NCBI GenBank assembly: GCA_049439205.1 | Contig: JBMTKF010000003.1 | Location: 4,512 to 68,511 of the forward strand | Origin: Flavobacteriaceae bacterium | GTDB lineage: Bacteria > Bacteroidota > Bacteroidia > Flavobacteriales > Flavobacteriaceae | DNA: 64,000 bases | Direction: 5' to 3' | Part shown: piece by piece, positions 63,680 to 64,000 of the stretch | How positions within the stretch are numbered: position 1 is the first letter of the stretch | How the letters are laid out: every line of letters starts with the position of its first letter | Made by a program: the position numbers and the translations under genes | Notes under the pieces: generated by a model | Databases searched by the model: none | Told to the model about the DNA's origin: nothing | The model's input: the letters and a program-made list of their open reading frames with translations, nothing else

Positions 63680-64000
63680 TGAAAGCCTATTACAAAAGAT
63701 ATGTTTTGAACTTTAAACGCCCCTGTGGAACTTCCAGGGGAGTTTTAATGGAGAAAGAAACTTGGTTTTTATTTTTAACTCATGGAAGCAAAACAGGAAT
63801 AGGGGAATGTGGTCTTTTTAGAGGTTTGAGTTTTGACGACCGACCGGATTATGAAGATCAACTTAAAGTTTTATGCAAGCAGATTAACAACAAACAAGTT
63901 GTCGATATAAAATCTTTAAAATTATTTCCATCCATTCAAATGGGATTAGAAATGGCGACTTTGTCACTTAGTTCAAAAGATAAGTTTCATCTTTATCCGT
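63679..64000 (+). CDS. menC: o-succinylbenzoate synthase (enolase superfamily), N-terminal part; runs off the window end
   Basis: The ATG overlaps the menA stop (TAATG). My translation is MKAYYKRYVLNFKRPCGTSRGVLMEKETWFLFL..GIGECGLF.., typical of the MenC N-terminus. Position in the men cluster fits. Confidence 0.7.
   Translation, partial: MKAYYKRYVLNFKRPCGTSRGVLMEKETWFLFLTHGSKTGIGECGLFRGLSFDDRPDYEDQLKVLCKQINNKQVVDIKSLKLFPSIQMGLEMATLSLSSKDKFHLYP

Overview
Densely coded, mostly housekeeping chromosomal segment from a Bacteroidota (Flavobacteriia-like) genome. Supporting signs are a SusC/SusD pair, TAnnTTTG-type -7 promoter boxes, no obvious Shine-Dalgarno use, and the Bacteroidota-style arg operon. 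All family calls come from motif recognition by eye; no alignments or database searches were run.

Gene content in order:
- Partial DUF2911-like gene.
- Small glycan-utilisation locus: a GH16 laminarinase-type lipoprotein divergent from susC/susD, ending next to tRNA-Ser(UGA).
- Minus-strand run ftsK-lolA-like-lptF/G-ribBA.
- katG, nhaC, lpd.
- Nine-gene arginine operon: GNAT-argG-argC-proC-argD-argF'-argB-argE-like-argH.
- tilS and a dsbD-like gene.
- DUF5916/CBM9-like outer-membrane protein, a creatininase-family protein, and a nitroreductase + ALDH pair.
- ilvD-ilvB-ilvN-ilvC and a GapN-like dehydrogenase.
- GH29 fucosidase + GH20 hexosaminidase.
- leuA(short)-leuC-leuD-cimA-like-leuB.
- A 522-aa helical hypothetical, an RluA-family pseudouridine synthase, panB, dnaK.
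- Menaquinone cluster: thioesterase-menF-menD-menB-menA-menC (partial).

I found no transposase, integrase, CRISPR array, toxin-antitoxin or recognisable defence genes, and no multi-gene system of unknown function.

The observations most worth a second look are non-coding:
- A ~110-nt GC-rich, hairpin-forming island in the arg operon leader, with a 25-codon mini-ORF.
- Two identical TTTCAttTGAAA palindromes in the same intergenic region.
- A 15-nt exact direct repeat bracketing susC-susD.
- An orphan promoter-like 13-mer identical to the putative ilv promoter.

Protein-level oddities are a cysteine-free (presumably inactive) GTP-cyclohydrolase-II domain in RibBA, a regulatory-domain-less LeuA paired with a CimA-like paralog, and the acyl-ornithine variant arginine pathway.
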